Of a stretch of 28,687 nt of DNA, positions 1-8,796 are shown one piece after another; position 1 is the stretch's first letter; each line of letters starts with the position of its first letter. Origin of the DNA: a virus (taxonomy: Duplodnaviria > Heunggongvirae > Uroviricota > Caudoviricetes); the IMG/VR virus record IMGVR_UViG_2861079508_000005, one strand, 5' to 3'. The translations under genes and the position numbers were made by a program. The notes beneath the pieces were generated by a model. That model made no database searches, was not told the origin of the DNA, and was given only the letters and a program-made list of their open reading frames with translations.

Positions 1-219
1 TTACATCCACATAATTTGCTGCCCTGACGGCAACGGGTGCGGCCTTACGGCGTGGACTTCTCCCGGCTTCACGATGTATCTCTGTACCGACTCATAGGTG
101 ATGAACGTGGCGCTGCAATTCACGTTCTGGCACTGGTGATAACGCTCTTTTGTCGTGTCAGTGATATAGCGGCTTGTACGCGCATGTGCGGCATGCTGGC
201 ATAAAGGACAATGAAACAT
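1..219 (-). CDS. ogr: Ogr late-gene transcription activator (C4 zinc finger)
   Basis: 72-codon ORF from ATG at 217-219 (the track ORF 1..282 is N-extended); begins MFHCPLCQ with CxxC...CxxxxC zinc-finger spacing; lies at the prophage edge beside D as in P2. Confidence 0.85.
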   Translation of the reverse strand: MFHCPLCQHAAHARTSRYITDTTKERYHQCQNVNCSATFITYESVQRYIVKPGEVHAVRPHPLPSGQQIMWM

Positions 220-300
220 CGCGAGCACCTCTTCCGGTTTTGTTGATGTTGCCATTTTAGTTAAATTATCCTTATAAAACAAACAGATAAAATAAAAACA

Positions 301-1464
301 TCACTCATCATCTTCTGTTTCGTACTCCACATCAGAAAGCCTGACCTCAAGCTCTAAGGACGTCGTGAAGCCGCTATTATTCAGAAAATGTGTCACCTTA
401 GTGATTGTCCAGTCCTGCTCGTCTATGACGCGCTTAAAGCCTGACACCTTAACCGGTGTTTCCGTGTAAATATCTGCCCGACCGGTAGCCAGGCTGATGG
501 AGAACTCCGCAACGCCCCGTTGCAGTTTATCCCACTTCGCCTGAGCGGCGCGCATGGCCTGCGCTTTCGTGGCATATACCGTGGTCAGGGCAAAAACATT
601 GTCAGCCTCACCGGCCATGTATTCACCTTCGCGCGCTTCCGGTACTTTTGGCGCTTTCTTCTGCGTGACCGGTTTCGCTTTCGGGTGCTCCAGTGCGCGC
701 AGGTGTTTCTCTTTCTTTTTGCGTTTCAGTTTTACCTTCTGCTTTTGTGGCTTCGGGTCTTTGGTGTGTAACCACTTTGCCGTTACGCCGGTGTAGGCTC
801 CACGGTCAGCAATCGCAAAATGATGACGGTCGCCGTCGCTGCGGGTGATGGTAATCTGCGGGATTTTTTTACCGCTGGCCGTCACCCCCTGCCCCGCTTT
901 GAGAAACAACAATTTTCCCATTTTTACCGACACCTCACCGCCGTTGCGTTCTGCAAGACGGGTCAGGAATTTCGCATCAGACTCCTGCGACTGGTCGATG
1001 TGCGGGATTTTAATTCCTGCCAGTGACGGCGCGACACTGGCTTCCAGCCTGTTACGGGAGGCTATCGCCTCAACAATCGCACCGAGCGTGGTGTCATGCC
1101 AGGAGCCTTCACGGCGGGAATTGAGCGTCCCGCGAAAATCTGCACTCCGGGCGCGGATGGTGACCACATCCGGTGCGCCCCGGTGTTCAACCTCATCAAC
1201 GGTAAATTTCCCTTTGCATACCAGGGCAAAACCTTTCCAGCCGATATACACCGTCAGGACAGCGCCACGAACCGGCAGCCCGACCTGCCCGTCGGCATCG
1301 TTCAGTTCAATATCAAGCTGGTCAGCCTCAAAGCCCCGGCTATCCGTCAGGGTCATGCTCATCAGACGGTCGCTGATATTGCCGGTAATATCCCTGCTGT
1401 CGAGCATCAGCATGTAATCCGGCGTCAGCGTACTGCCTGCATCAAATGTCAGCGCATCCAGCAT
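301..1464 (-). CDS. D: tail protein gpD
   Basis: 387 aa ORF between ogr and U; position and length match my recollection of P2 gene D. Confidence 0.7.
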   Translation of the reverse strand: MLDALTFDAGSTLTPDYMLMLDSRDITGNISDRLMSMTLTDSRGFEADQLDIELNDADGQVGLPVRGAVLTVYIGWKGFALVCKGKFTVDEVEHRGAPDVVTIRARSADFRGTLNSRREGSWHDTTLGAIVEAIASRNRLEASVAPSLAGIKIPHIDQSQESDAKFLTRLAERNGGEVSVKMGKLLFLKAGQGVTASGKKIPQITITRSDGDRHHFAIADRGAYTGVTAKWLHTKDPKPQKQKVKLKRKKKEKHLRALEHPKAKPVTQKKAPKVPEAREGEYMAGEADNVFALTTVYATKAQAMRAAQAKWDKLQRGVAEFSISLATGRADIYTETPVKVSGFKRVIDEQDWTITKVTHFLNNSGFTTSLELEVRLSDVEYETEDDE

Positions 1465-1943
1465 TATCCCGCCCCCGTCATACCCGTGAATCTGGTCGCC
1501 ATACTGCCAGCCTTACCGATGAGCGATTCCGCCTGTTTACCGATATCACCATAAAGCGCGGCCAGTGATTCATCAACGCGGGTGAGCGACAGCGTAAAAT
1601 CAATTTTTCGGGGTGTGCCGTCTGCAAAGAAAATACTCCCTGTTTCACTCACCCTGCTGATGACATACATGCCGTAAATCATGCCGGTGCCATCCAGCAA
1701 CGGCCACGCCCGGCCTTCCTCTGCCATCAGCCTGAGCGTGGTCATCGTCAGCTTCCCGCCGGTCAGTTCGGGATAAAGCACGCCTGCAAGCGTAATGTTT
1801 TCCTCACCCACACCGAGAAACTGGTAGGCATCCCGTTTACCGATACGGGAATTTGACGGCCAGCGATAATCTGATTCACGCTGCATGGTCTGGTGTGGCA
1901 GCGTCTGGCGCATAAAAACAAACATACCTAACGCGAGCATCAT
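1464..1943 (-). CDS. U: tail protein gpU
   Basis: 159 aa ORF whose stop overlaps the D start; P2 order T-U-D. Confidence 0.7.
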   Translation of the reverse strand: MMLALGMFVFMRQTLPHQTMQRESDYRWPSNSRIGKRDAYQFLGVGEENITLAGVLYPELTGGKLTMTTLRLMAEEGRAWPLLDGTGMIYGMYVISRVSETGSIFFADGTPRKIDFTLSLTRVDESLAALYGDIGKQAESLIGKAGSMATRFTGMTGAG

Positions 1944-1957
1944 TTTTCGTCACCTCC

Positions 1958-4405
1958 TTAACCGTCATGCATCATGCTGGCACGGGCGCGCGCACGTTTA
2001 TCCCGCTCGTATTTTTCGAGCGCATCCTGTAACTGGCGGTCGAGCTGAGTCCCCGGCGCAGTACCGCCCGTCAGACTGATGTGATATTCATTTTTACTCT
2101 GGTCCACATAAGAGCGGCCAGCCGGTGCCGTAACCGGCTGATAAGCCTGATAGCCTGCATAAGAGCTGGTCGCCGGAATATAACCACCGGTGCCATACGT
2201 GGCGGCATGAGTTCTGGCGGCGGTCTGGTCAAGTGTGTCTGACTCTTTGTTGATAACACCGAGTTTTTCCAGTACCCAGTCAATACCACTGCGCAGTTTG
2301 TTGAACGCATTAAGCGGCAGCATCAGCGCGTCAGCCAGTGCCTGCCCGAACATGACGCCCGTGTCACGGCAACGGTTCAGGGTGTCCTGGGTGGCTTTAA
2401 CCGGGGCGATCAGGTTTTTAAACCACTGCCACGCGGCCTGTAACTTTTCGCCCAGCCAGTCAAACACCGGCTTAAGTGGCGTGAACAGTTCCCCCACCGG
2501 CGCAAATGCCGCTTTCAGCCCTTCCACCACACCGCCAAAGAATGTGCTGACAGGCTCCCAGTATTTACGGATAAGCAACGCCCCGGCGACAATGGCGGCC
2601 ACCACGGCCACAACCGGCCAGCTAATCGCTCCGATGGCGGTCATAACAGCACTGCCAACCGTCGTGAAGATTGCCCCCATTGCGCCTGCTGCCGCGATGA
2701 TGGCATTGATGCCGGTGATAACCGGCCAGGCTACGAGGCCAATGGCACCGATGACACCAATCAGTGCCAGTGCACCACCGACAATGATGCCGATGGTTGA
2801 CGCCAGTGATTTGTTTTTCTGTATCCAGCCGTCGAGTTTTAACACATACTTTGTGGACGTCTGCGTGAGCTTACGCAGTGCGCCTTCCTGCTGGTCAAAC
2901 AGGTCAGTCCCCACCGCCTCATAAGCGGACTGAAACTCTTTAAAGTCACCGCCGAGGTTGTCCTGCATGATATTTACCAGCTCGGCGGTCTTCCCGTCTG
3001 AGGCTTTAAACGCAGCGGTCAGTTTGTCCAGCTTTCCGGTTGAGGCGGCAGTCATCAGCACGGCGGCGGCTGAGCTGGCCTCCTCCCCGAAAATAGTTTT
3101 CATGTATTCAGCCTGCTGGGCAGTACCGAGCCGGTTTCTCTCAAAACTGGCCTGCATTTCTTTCAGAATGGTAAATATTGGCCGGGTGTTTCCCTTGCTA
3201 TCTGAGGTTTTCACTCCAAGCTCTTTGAGTGCATCCCATGCTTTTCCCGTCGGTGCCTGCAGGCGACTTAACACGGCACGGCTTCCCGTCCCCGCCATTG
3301 AGCCTGTGATTTTTGCATCATGCAGCGCCCCGACCATTGCGGCGGTTTCTTCAATGCTGACACCGGCATTTTTTGCCACAGGTGCGGCATAGGTCAGCGC
3401 ATCGCTCATGCCGTCAAAATCGGCGGCGGTTTTGTTCATCGTCATGGAGAGAACATCCCCGATATGAGCGACCTTATCGTTTGAAAGCTGAAAGGCGGAT
3501 TTCATCCCCATCAGCAGGGCGGCGTTTTCTTCCATCGTGCGGCGGTTTGCCAGCGCCATATTCAGCGTGACCGGCGTTGCCGCCTGAATGGCATCAACAT
3601 CCCCACCCGCTTTCGCGATGATTATCTGTGCACCGGCCGCATCATCCGCCGAGGCGGCGGTATTGTCGCCGAGCTGGCGCGCCTGTTTGCGTAGTGCGGT
3701 CATTTCGGCGGAGTCTTTTGCCACTCCGAGCACGGCCTGCAATTCTGAGTTTTTCTGAGCAAACTCATAACCGGGCATCAGCAACTTAACTCCGGCCATC
3801 GTTCCCGCCGCCGCAATCCCCACACCGGCAGCGCCCACTGAGGCCATATTTCCGGCCAGTTCCTTTCCGGCCTGATAACGCTGTTTGACTGCGTTAAGTT
3901 TTGCCTGTTGCGCACTGACACGCGCCAGCGCGTCGCGCTGACGGTTAAGCTGTGTGGTGGTTTCACTGATACGGTTTTTCAGCCCTCGTTCATCATGCGC
4001 CAGATTACGGGTATTAATACCCGCCTGACTCAATTCCTGACGCTGGCGCTGTACCGACAATCTCAGGCTGTTATATTTCGCCTGTAACTCAGACGCATTT
4101 TTACGCGCGGCTTCCATTGCCTTTGCCTGTGCATTTGTCGGTCGTTCAGTATTTTTAAACTGGACAGCCAGAGCTGCGGCTTCCTGTCTGGCTTTTTTCA
4201 GTTCCTGACCAGTCACGGCGAGCTGTGCACTGGTCTTGCGAAATCCCTCAATACGGGATGCCTGACCGTTCAGCTCGCGCAGTGATTTTTGTGTTTCCCG
4301 GATATCCCCCGACAGCGATTTGCTCGCTGTGCGGATGGATTTAAACGGGCGGGATGCCTGGTCAACAGCCCTGAGCAATACCTGTAATTTTACATTGTTA
4401 CTCAT
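1958..4405 (-). CDS. T: tail tape measure protein gpT
   Basis: 815 aa; Ala/Gln/Arg-rich coiled-coil-like N-terminal half and Gly/Ala/Ile-rich hydrophobic central segment typical of tape measure proteins; located after E/E'. Confidence 0.85.
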   Translation of the reverse strand: MSNNVKLQVLLRAVDQASRPFKSIRTASKSLSGDIRETQKSLRELNGQASRIEGFRKTSAQLAVTGQELKKARQEAAALAVQFKNTERPTNAQAKAMEAARKNASELQAKYNSLRLSVQRQRQELSQAGINTRNLAHDERGLKNRISETTTQLNRQRDALARVSAQQAKLNAVKQRYQAGKELAGNMASVGAAGVGIAAAGTMAGVKLLMPGYEFAQKNSELQAVLGVAKDSAEMTALRKQARQLGDNTAASADDAAGAQIIIAKAGGDVDAIQAATPVTLNMALANRRTMEENAALLMGMKSAFQLSNDKVAHIGDVLSMTMNKTAADFDGMSDALTYAAPVAKNAGVSIEETAAMVGALHDAKITGSMAGTGSRAVLSRLQAPTGKAWDALKELGVKTSDSKGNTRPIFTILKEMQASFERNRLGTAQQAEYMKTIFGEEASSAAAVLMTAASTGKLDKLTAAFKASDGKTAELVNIMQDNLGGDFKEFQSAYEAVGTDLFDQQEGALRKLTQTSTKYVLKLDGWIQKNKSLASTIGIIVGGALALIGVIGAIGLVAWPVITGINAIIAAAGAMGAIFTTVGSAVMTAIGAISWPVVAVVAAIVAGALLIRKYWEPVSTFFGGVVEGLKAAFAPVGELFTPLKPVFDWLGEKLQAAWQWFKNLIAPVKATQDTLNRCRDTGVMFGQALADALMLPLNAFNKLRSGIDWVLEKLGVINKESDTLDQTAARTHAATYGTGGYIPATSSYAGYQAYQPVTAPAGRSYVDQSKNEYHISLTGGTAPGTQLDRQLQDALEKYERDKRARARASMMHDG

Positions 4406-4825
4406 TCGTGTTTCCGCTTCGCCGGAGCGCCTTTTCGCGCCATGTGATGAGTTCGGTCAGGCTCATGGGATACAGTTCTGATGGCGGCCAGTGAAATATC
4501 ACTGCCACATCCGCCATCAGGTCATCGACCGAGAGATTTTTTGGAAACGTCACTGCACCGAGTTCGGCGACAAAAAACCGACCACCTTACCGGCCAGCGC
4601 CACAAGGTCAGGCAGTTCCAGCGCGGCGACTTCCTGCTCGGTCAGCATCGGTGCCGTCATGCGCGGCAGCACCTTAATCAGTGCATCGACTTCGGAGTTC
4701 GCGACCGCTGCCAGACTGACACCGCGCAGCGTCCCGGCATTGGGTTTCATCAGCGTGACCTGTTCAATAACCTGCTCACCACGTTTGACCGGATTGTCCA
4801 GGGTAATGACATTTTCTTTGTTCAT
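4398..4825 (-). CDS. gpE+E' fusion produced by programmed -1 frameshift
   Basis: Hand translation: after a -1 slip at T_TTT_TTG (plus-strand 4571-4577) the frame stays open through ...VAELGAVTFPKNLSVDDLMADVAVIFHWPPSELYPMSLTELITWREKALRRSGNTNE and stops at 4398-4400, overlapping the T start codon. Confidence 0.6.
4550..4825 (-). CDS. E: tail assembly chaperone gpE
   Basis: 91 aa ORF upstream of T; contains the slippery run TTTTTTG near its 3' end. Confidence 0.8.
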   Translation of the reverse strand: MNKENVITLDNPVKRGEQVIEQVTLMKPNAGTLRGVSLAAVANSEVDALIKVLPRMTAPMLTEQEVAALELPDLVALAGKVVGFLSPNSVQ

Positions 4826-4880
4826 GGTTTTCTCACTTCTGAATCGGGGTTACCGGTCAGCCTGGCTGACCGGATGAAAA

Positions 4881-5399
4881 TCACAGGCCGATATTGCGGC
4901 GGTGTTGCTCCAGCCGGTCGACGCCGTTCACCTTCTCAATCATGTTGATGGTGTCAATTTCGACCAGCTCCTTACCGTCCATCGTCAGCCGGAAATAGGT
5001 GCAGACCACGGAGATTTTCGACTCGGTGTCTTCTCCCTGTTTGCCCTCGCCGGTGTCGATTTCTTTCTGACGTCCACGCATGACCACCTCGACGGCCACC
5101 GTTTCGCCGGTATCGTCGCGCTGGTAAGAGCCTGCAAAACGAATCGGTACGGCATCCACACCGGTTGCGGCGTAAAGCTCCCAGATAACCGAATCCGGGA
5201 AGCCACCGAGCGACCACTCCATTGACAGCGCATCGTCATCAAGGCCGAGGTCTACCGGTGCGCTGCCGTTCATTCCCGCACCGCGATAGTTTTCGAGCTT
5301 ACGGGTCAGTTTTGGCAGCGTGACGGACTTTGCAACGCCCTGATAGCTGTACCCGTTCAGAAAGACGTTCATTAACTTGAGTTTGCGCGGCATTGCCAT
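4881..5399 (-). CDS. FII: tail tube protein gpFII
   Basis: 172 aa ORF directly downstream of the sheath gene; P2 FI-FII arrangement. Confidence 0.8.
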   Translation of the reverse strand: MAMPRKLKLMNVFLNGYSYQGVAKSVTLPKLTRKLENYRGAGMNGSAPVDLGLDDDALSMEWSLGGFPDSVIWELYAATGVDAVPIRFAGSYQRDDTGETVAVEVVMRGRQKEIDTGEGKQGEDTESKISVVCTYFRLTMDGKELVEIDTINMIEKVNGVDRLEQHRRNIGL

Positions 5400-5411
5400 C
5401 GGTCAGGCTCC

Positions 5412-6602
5412 TTAATTGCTGTTAACCGAGGTGACCAGATTTGCCAGGTATTTATCGGTAATACGCTGGCGCAGGGTCAGGTTTTCGAGTGGAGGCACCG
5501 GGGTATAGTCGTAGTCGATATACAGTTTTCCGGCCTTAAGGGTTTCCGCATCGTTGGATTCTTCGCTGAACCAGCAGGTCGCATCCACGATATAGCCGTT
5601 TGTTTTCAGCTCACGGAATTTGGCATTGATGCCGTCAACGATGTCACGAATCAGCGTTGCGGTGATGGGCTTGTCCACCGCCCACATGTGCGCCTCAGCC
5701 ATCGTGTCGGCCAGCACCTGCGCGGTACGGGTGTAGTTTTCAAAGAGGAACAGCGGGTCATCAGAGCAGGTACGGTTACCCCAGAATCGGAAACCGTCAC
5801 GGCGAATCAGCGTAGTGACGCCTGACTCGTTAAGCAGGTCAGCATCGGTGCCGGACTCCTGCAAATCCCAGAATACAGAGGCGCTGATGCCGGTAACACC
5901 GTTCACCCCGACATTGGACAGCGTTTTATGCCAGCCCTGCTCCTGGTCGATTTTAGCGCGCAGGCCCAGCGCACGGGCGGTGGCATACGCGGTGGCGGTG
6001 GTACTGGCGACCGTATCCCATGCGAGGAAATCCGGCCAGATGACCATCAGCTCACGCTGGCTGAAATTCTGGCGGTAGGCTTTCACCTCGGAAATGGTTT
6101 TACAGCCCCATGCGCTGATATACCCGAAAGCGCGCAGCTTCTGACAGACTGATGCCAGTGCAACCGCCACCTCTTTGGTGTCCAGTCCCGGCACACCGAG
6201 AATACGCGGTTTAACACCGGTAACCGACTCCGCCGCCAGCAGGGCTTTTAGTCCGGTGTACTGACCGTTTTCGTCGGTGGTGCCGATGATATTGGAAACG
6301 GTCTGCGCGAGTTTCGTTTCCTCGTCATCACCGGTGCCGTCTTCCACGCGCACGACAACGGTGACCGGTTTTGACTGGTCAGCGATGGCCTGCAACGATG
6401 CCGCCAGCGTGCCTTTTTTACCGGCCTTTGCAATTGCGCTCTGCACATTGGTAATCAGCACAGGTTTATTGAGGGGGAAGGTTTCCGCATCCGCATCGCT
6501 GGCCGTGCAGACCATGCCGACAATGGCAGTGGATACGGTGGAAATGACGCGGGTGCCGTCGTTAATCTCCAGCACTTGCACGCCGTGATGATAGTCACTC
6601 AT
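5412..6602 (-). CDS. FI: contractile tail sheath protein gpFI
   Basis: 396 aa ORF; position and length match P2 FI. Confidence 0.85.
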   Translation of the reverse strand: MSDYHHGVQVLEINDGTRVISTVSTAIVGMVCTASDADAETFPLNKPVLITNVQSAIAKAGKKGTLAASLQAIADQSKPVTVVVRVEDGTGDDEETKLAQTVSNIIGTTDENGQYTGLKALLAAESVTGVKPRILGVPGLDTKEVAVALASVCQKLRAFGYISAWGCKTISEVKAYRQNFSQRELMVIWPDFLAWDTVASTTATAYATARALGLRAKIDQEQGWHKTLSNVGVNGVTGISASVFWDLQESGTDADLLNESGVTTLIRRDGFRFWGNRTCSDDPLFLFENYTRTAQVLADTMAEAHMWAVDKPITATLIRDIVDGINAKFRELKTNGYIVDATCWFSEESNDAETLKAGKLYIDYDYTPVPPLENLTLRQRITDKYLANLVTSVNSN

Positions 6603-6661
6603 CCGTTTAACTCCGTGGTTAATGGGTGAGTGATATTTTCAGTTGTGCCGGAGATGTCAGG

Positions 6662-7261
6662 CTATTTGTCCCGGTTGGCTAAGGGATGACACAATTTATT
6701 CTTTGTCGCTGATGAGGGGAATTTTTTATAGAGCGTGGACAGGCCAATATCAAAAATCAGCGCCACGCGTTGACGTGATTCACCCGCAGCCAGCAACCGT
6801 CCTGCCTGTTCCCACTCACTCGCGGTGAGCTTCGGACGTCTGCCACCAATACGACCTTTAGCTCTGGCCGCTTCCAGTCCGGCGCGTGTCCGCTCGACAA
6901 TGAGTTCTCGTTCCATTTCAGCCAGGGCACCCATCACATGAAAGAAAAAACGCCCCATCGGCGTGCTGGTATCAATAGCATCCGTCAGGCTGCGAAAATT
7001 AACGCCGCGTTCGCGCAGTTCCTCAACCAGAATGATCAGATGCCGCATACTACGCCCCAGCCTGTCCAGCTTCCAGACCACCAGTGTATCCCCCTCCGAT
7101 AATGTCCTGAGCAGTTTTTTCAGTCCCGGTCGGTCGGACTTAGTGCCGCTGATTTTATCCTCAAAAATCAGCTCACATCCTGCGCACTCCAGCGCGTTAC
7201 GCTGCAATTCCGTGTTCTGGTCATTTGTTGACACGCGTACATAGCCAATAAGCATGAGCAT
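6662..7261 (-). CDS. serine-type DNA invertase (Hin/Gin/Cin/Pin family)
   Basis: N-terminus LIGYVRVSTNDQNTELQRNAL with catalytic Ser, plus DRLGRS, GRFFFHVMGALAEMERELIVERT and a C-terminal HTH, all closely resembling Hin/Gin; true start probably ATG at 7255. Confidence 0.85.
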   Translation of the reverse strand: MLMLIGYVRVSTNDQNTELQRNALECAGCELIFEDKISGTKSDRPGLKKLLRTLSEGDTLVVWKLDRLGRSMRHLIILVEELRERGVNFRSLTDAIDTSTPMGRFFFHVMGALAEMERELIVERTRAGLEAARAKGRIGGRRPKLTASEWEQAGRLLAAGESRQRVALIFDIGLSTLYKKFPSSATKNKLCHPLANRDK

Positions 7262-7282
7262 CCCCCTGAATAAAAACCGGAG

Positions 7283-7789
7283 ATGATGCCAGTTGCCCGT
7301 TATCTCTGCATTTTCATAAACGTTGGTTTGGGAGAAGGTTCGGCATTACCCGTTGGTGTGCCTGTTCCGTGGCCTTCAGCCACACCGCCTACTGGCTGGC
7401 TGAAATGCAACGGTGCGGCTTTTTCTGCTGAAGAATACCCGGAACTGGCAAAGGTTTATCCGACAAATAAATTGCCTGATTTACGCGGTGAATTTATTCG
7501 TGGCTGGGATGACGGACGTGGAGTGGATGCCGGGCGACAATTATTATCTTCACAAGGGGATGCAATAAGAAATATTGAGGGATTCGCAGATGGCGGGATC
7601 GGTATGTCTTTTGATGCAATCAGAGGGGCTTTTTACGATGCAGGAACACGATCAGCGAGAATGCCGAATAACACAACTACTATAGACAAAACCGATGACC
7701 TTGGATTCGACGCCTCTCGTGTCGTGCCAACAGCTAATGAAAACCGTCCACGTAACATCGCCTTTAATTATATTGTGAGGGCTGCATAA
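7283..7789 (+). CDS. silent alternative tail-fibre C-terminal variable segment (no own start; expressed only after inversion)
   Basis: Contains PVPWPSATPPTGWLKCNGAAFSAEEYPELAKVYP...LPDLRGEFIRGWDDGRGVD, a phage tail-fibre tip (tail collar type) motif; the frame runs through the crossover site; functional part about 7325-7789. Confidence 0.65.
   Translation: MMPVARYLCIFINVGLGEGSALPVGVPVPWPSATPPTGWLKCNGAAFSAEEYPELAKVYPTNKLPDLRGEFIRGWDDGRGVDAGRQLLSSQGDAIRNIEGFADGGIGMSFDAIRGAFYDAGTRSARMPNNTTTIDKTDDLGFDASRVVPTANENRPRNIAFNYIVRAA
7311..7336. repeat. invertase crossover site, left (hix/gix-like, inverted relative to 9142-9167)
   Basis: Reverse complement reads TTCTCCCAAACC-AA-CGTTTATGAAAA; 15 nt identical to the right site; resembles hixL TTCTTGAAAACCAAGGTTTTTGATAA (from memory). 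Confidence 0.6.
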
Positions 7790-8382
7790 TGAAACCTTTT
7801 TTTGATGAAAATGGGCTGGCTACAGTACCGGGTAATATGCGTTGTTTTTATTATGAGGCAGTTACGTATGAATATACTGGCTGGTCTGATGAATATATTA
7901 ATACTGGCGTAAGTATGCCCGCCTGTTCCACTGGTATTGACCCGGGCGAATGCATTCCGGGGAAAGTGGCAGTATTTACGGGTAAGGGATGGAGCCATGA
8001 AGAAGACCACCGCAATGAGACTGTTTACTCAATCGAAAATGGCGCAGCTGTTACAGTGGATTATATCGGTGCCATCAAAGACGGTTATGTCACACTTTCA
8101 CCGTTAACGCCATACGATAAATGGGATGGTGAGAAATGGGTGACGGATACTGAGGCACAGCATAGTGCCGCAGTAGACGCGGCAGAAGCACAGCGCCAGT
8201 CGCTGATTGATGCAGCAATGGCTTCCATTAGTCTGATTCAGCTGAAATTACGGGCCGGACGGAAGTTGACGCAGGCAGAAACAACCAGACTTAACGCTGT
8301 GCTGGATTACATTGACGCGGTGACGGCAACAGATACCAGCACCGCGCCGGATGTCATCTGGCCTGAACTGCCGGAGGCGTAG
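7789..8382 (+). CDS. alternative tail fibre assembly protein (chaperone for the silent fibre tip)
   Basis: 197 aa ORF immediately after the silent fibre tip; C-terminus ...DTSTAPDVIWPELPEA parallels the gpG C-terminus ...DTSSAPDIEWPTPP; Mu U/U'-like arrangement. Confidence 0.65.
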   Translation: MKPFFDENGLATVPGNMRCFYYEAVTYEYTGWSDEYINTGVSMPACSTGIDPGECIPGKVAVFTGKGWSHEEDHRNETVYSIENGAAVTVDYIGAIKDGYVTLSPLTPYDKWDGEKWVTDTEAQHSAAVDAAEAQRQSLIDAAMASISLIQLKLRAGRKLTQAETTRLNAVLDYIDAVTATDTSTAPDVIWPELPEA

Positions 8383-8794
8383 GCCATTCAATATCTGGTG
8401 CACTGGAGGTATCAACCAGCTCCAGTGCATCCAGATAATCCAGCCACAAATTATATTGCGCCAGTTCCTCACCTTTCAGGCGACCAATCGCCGCTTTACC
8501 AAGCCATTGCTTTCTGTTTATGTATTCGTTGATCTGATTAATCAATTGCTGCTTTTCCAATTCGGCTGCGGCAATTTGTTCCTCATGAGTTGGCGGTGGA
8601 ATATCAATCCATGCAGGCATTCCGTCGATGACACCTCTGTATTTTCCTTCTGGTGCTTCCTTCATAAATTCGGCGGCAACAGTGTCGTCAATTTCGATTC
8701 CATCATCGGGCCATTCGCCGGATTCCTGATAAGCGATTTTAAGCTCCACAGGGAAAAACGCATTTTTATCGGCGCTGAAAATATATTTCTGCAT
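8354..8794 (-). CDS. G: tail fibre assembly protein gpG
   Basis: 146 aa ORF directly downstream of H; conserved C-terminal motif shared with the ORF at 7789-8382. Confidence 0.75.
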   Translation of the reverse strand: MQKYIFSADKNAFFPVELKIAYQESGEWPDDGIEIDDTVAAEFMKEAPEGKYRGVIDGMPAWIDIPPPTHEEQIAAAELEKQQLINQINEYINRKQWLGKAAIGRLKGEELAQYNLWLDYLDALELVDTSSAPDIEWPTPPAVQAR

Positions 8795-8796
8795 TT

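Noticed and set aside
1-282. N-terminally extended track ORFs for ogr (also X 15196-15468, L 15399-15968, O 17887-18807, P 18885-20687, C 27281-27598)
   Set aside because: The extensions come from upstream in-frame alternative start codons; internal ATGs give lengths matching the P2 proteins and better spacing from neighbouring genes
845-1417. 190-aa plus-strand ORF inside gene D (and similar long antisense ORFs such as 2235-2924, 10360-10971, 16005-16604, 17250-17840, 18942-19652, 20166-20615, 21071-21529)
   Set aside because: Shadow ORFs on the strand opposite well-supported phage structural genes; they arise from high GC content, have no ribosome-binding sites and do not fit the gene order
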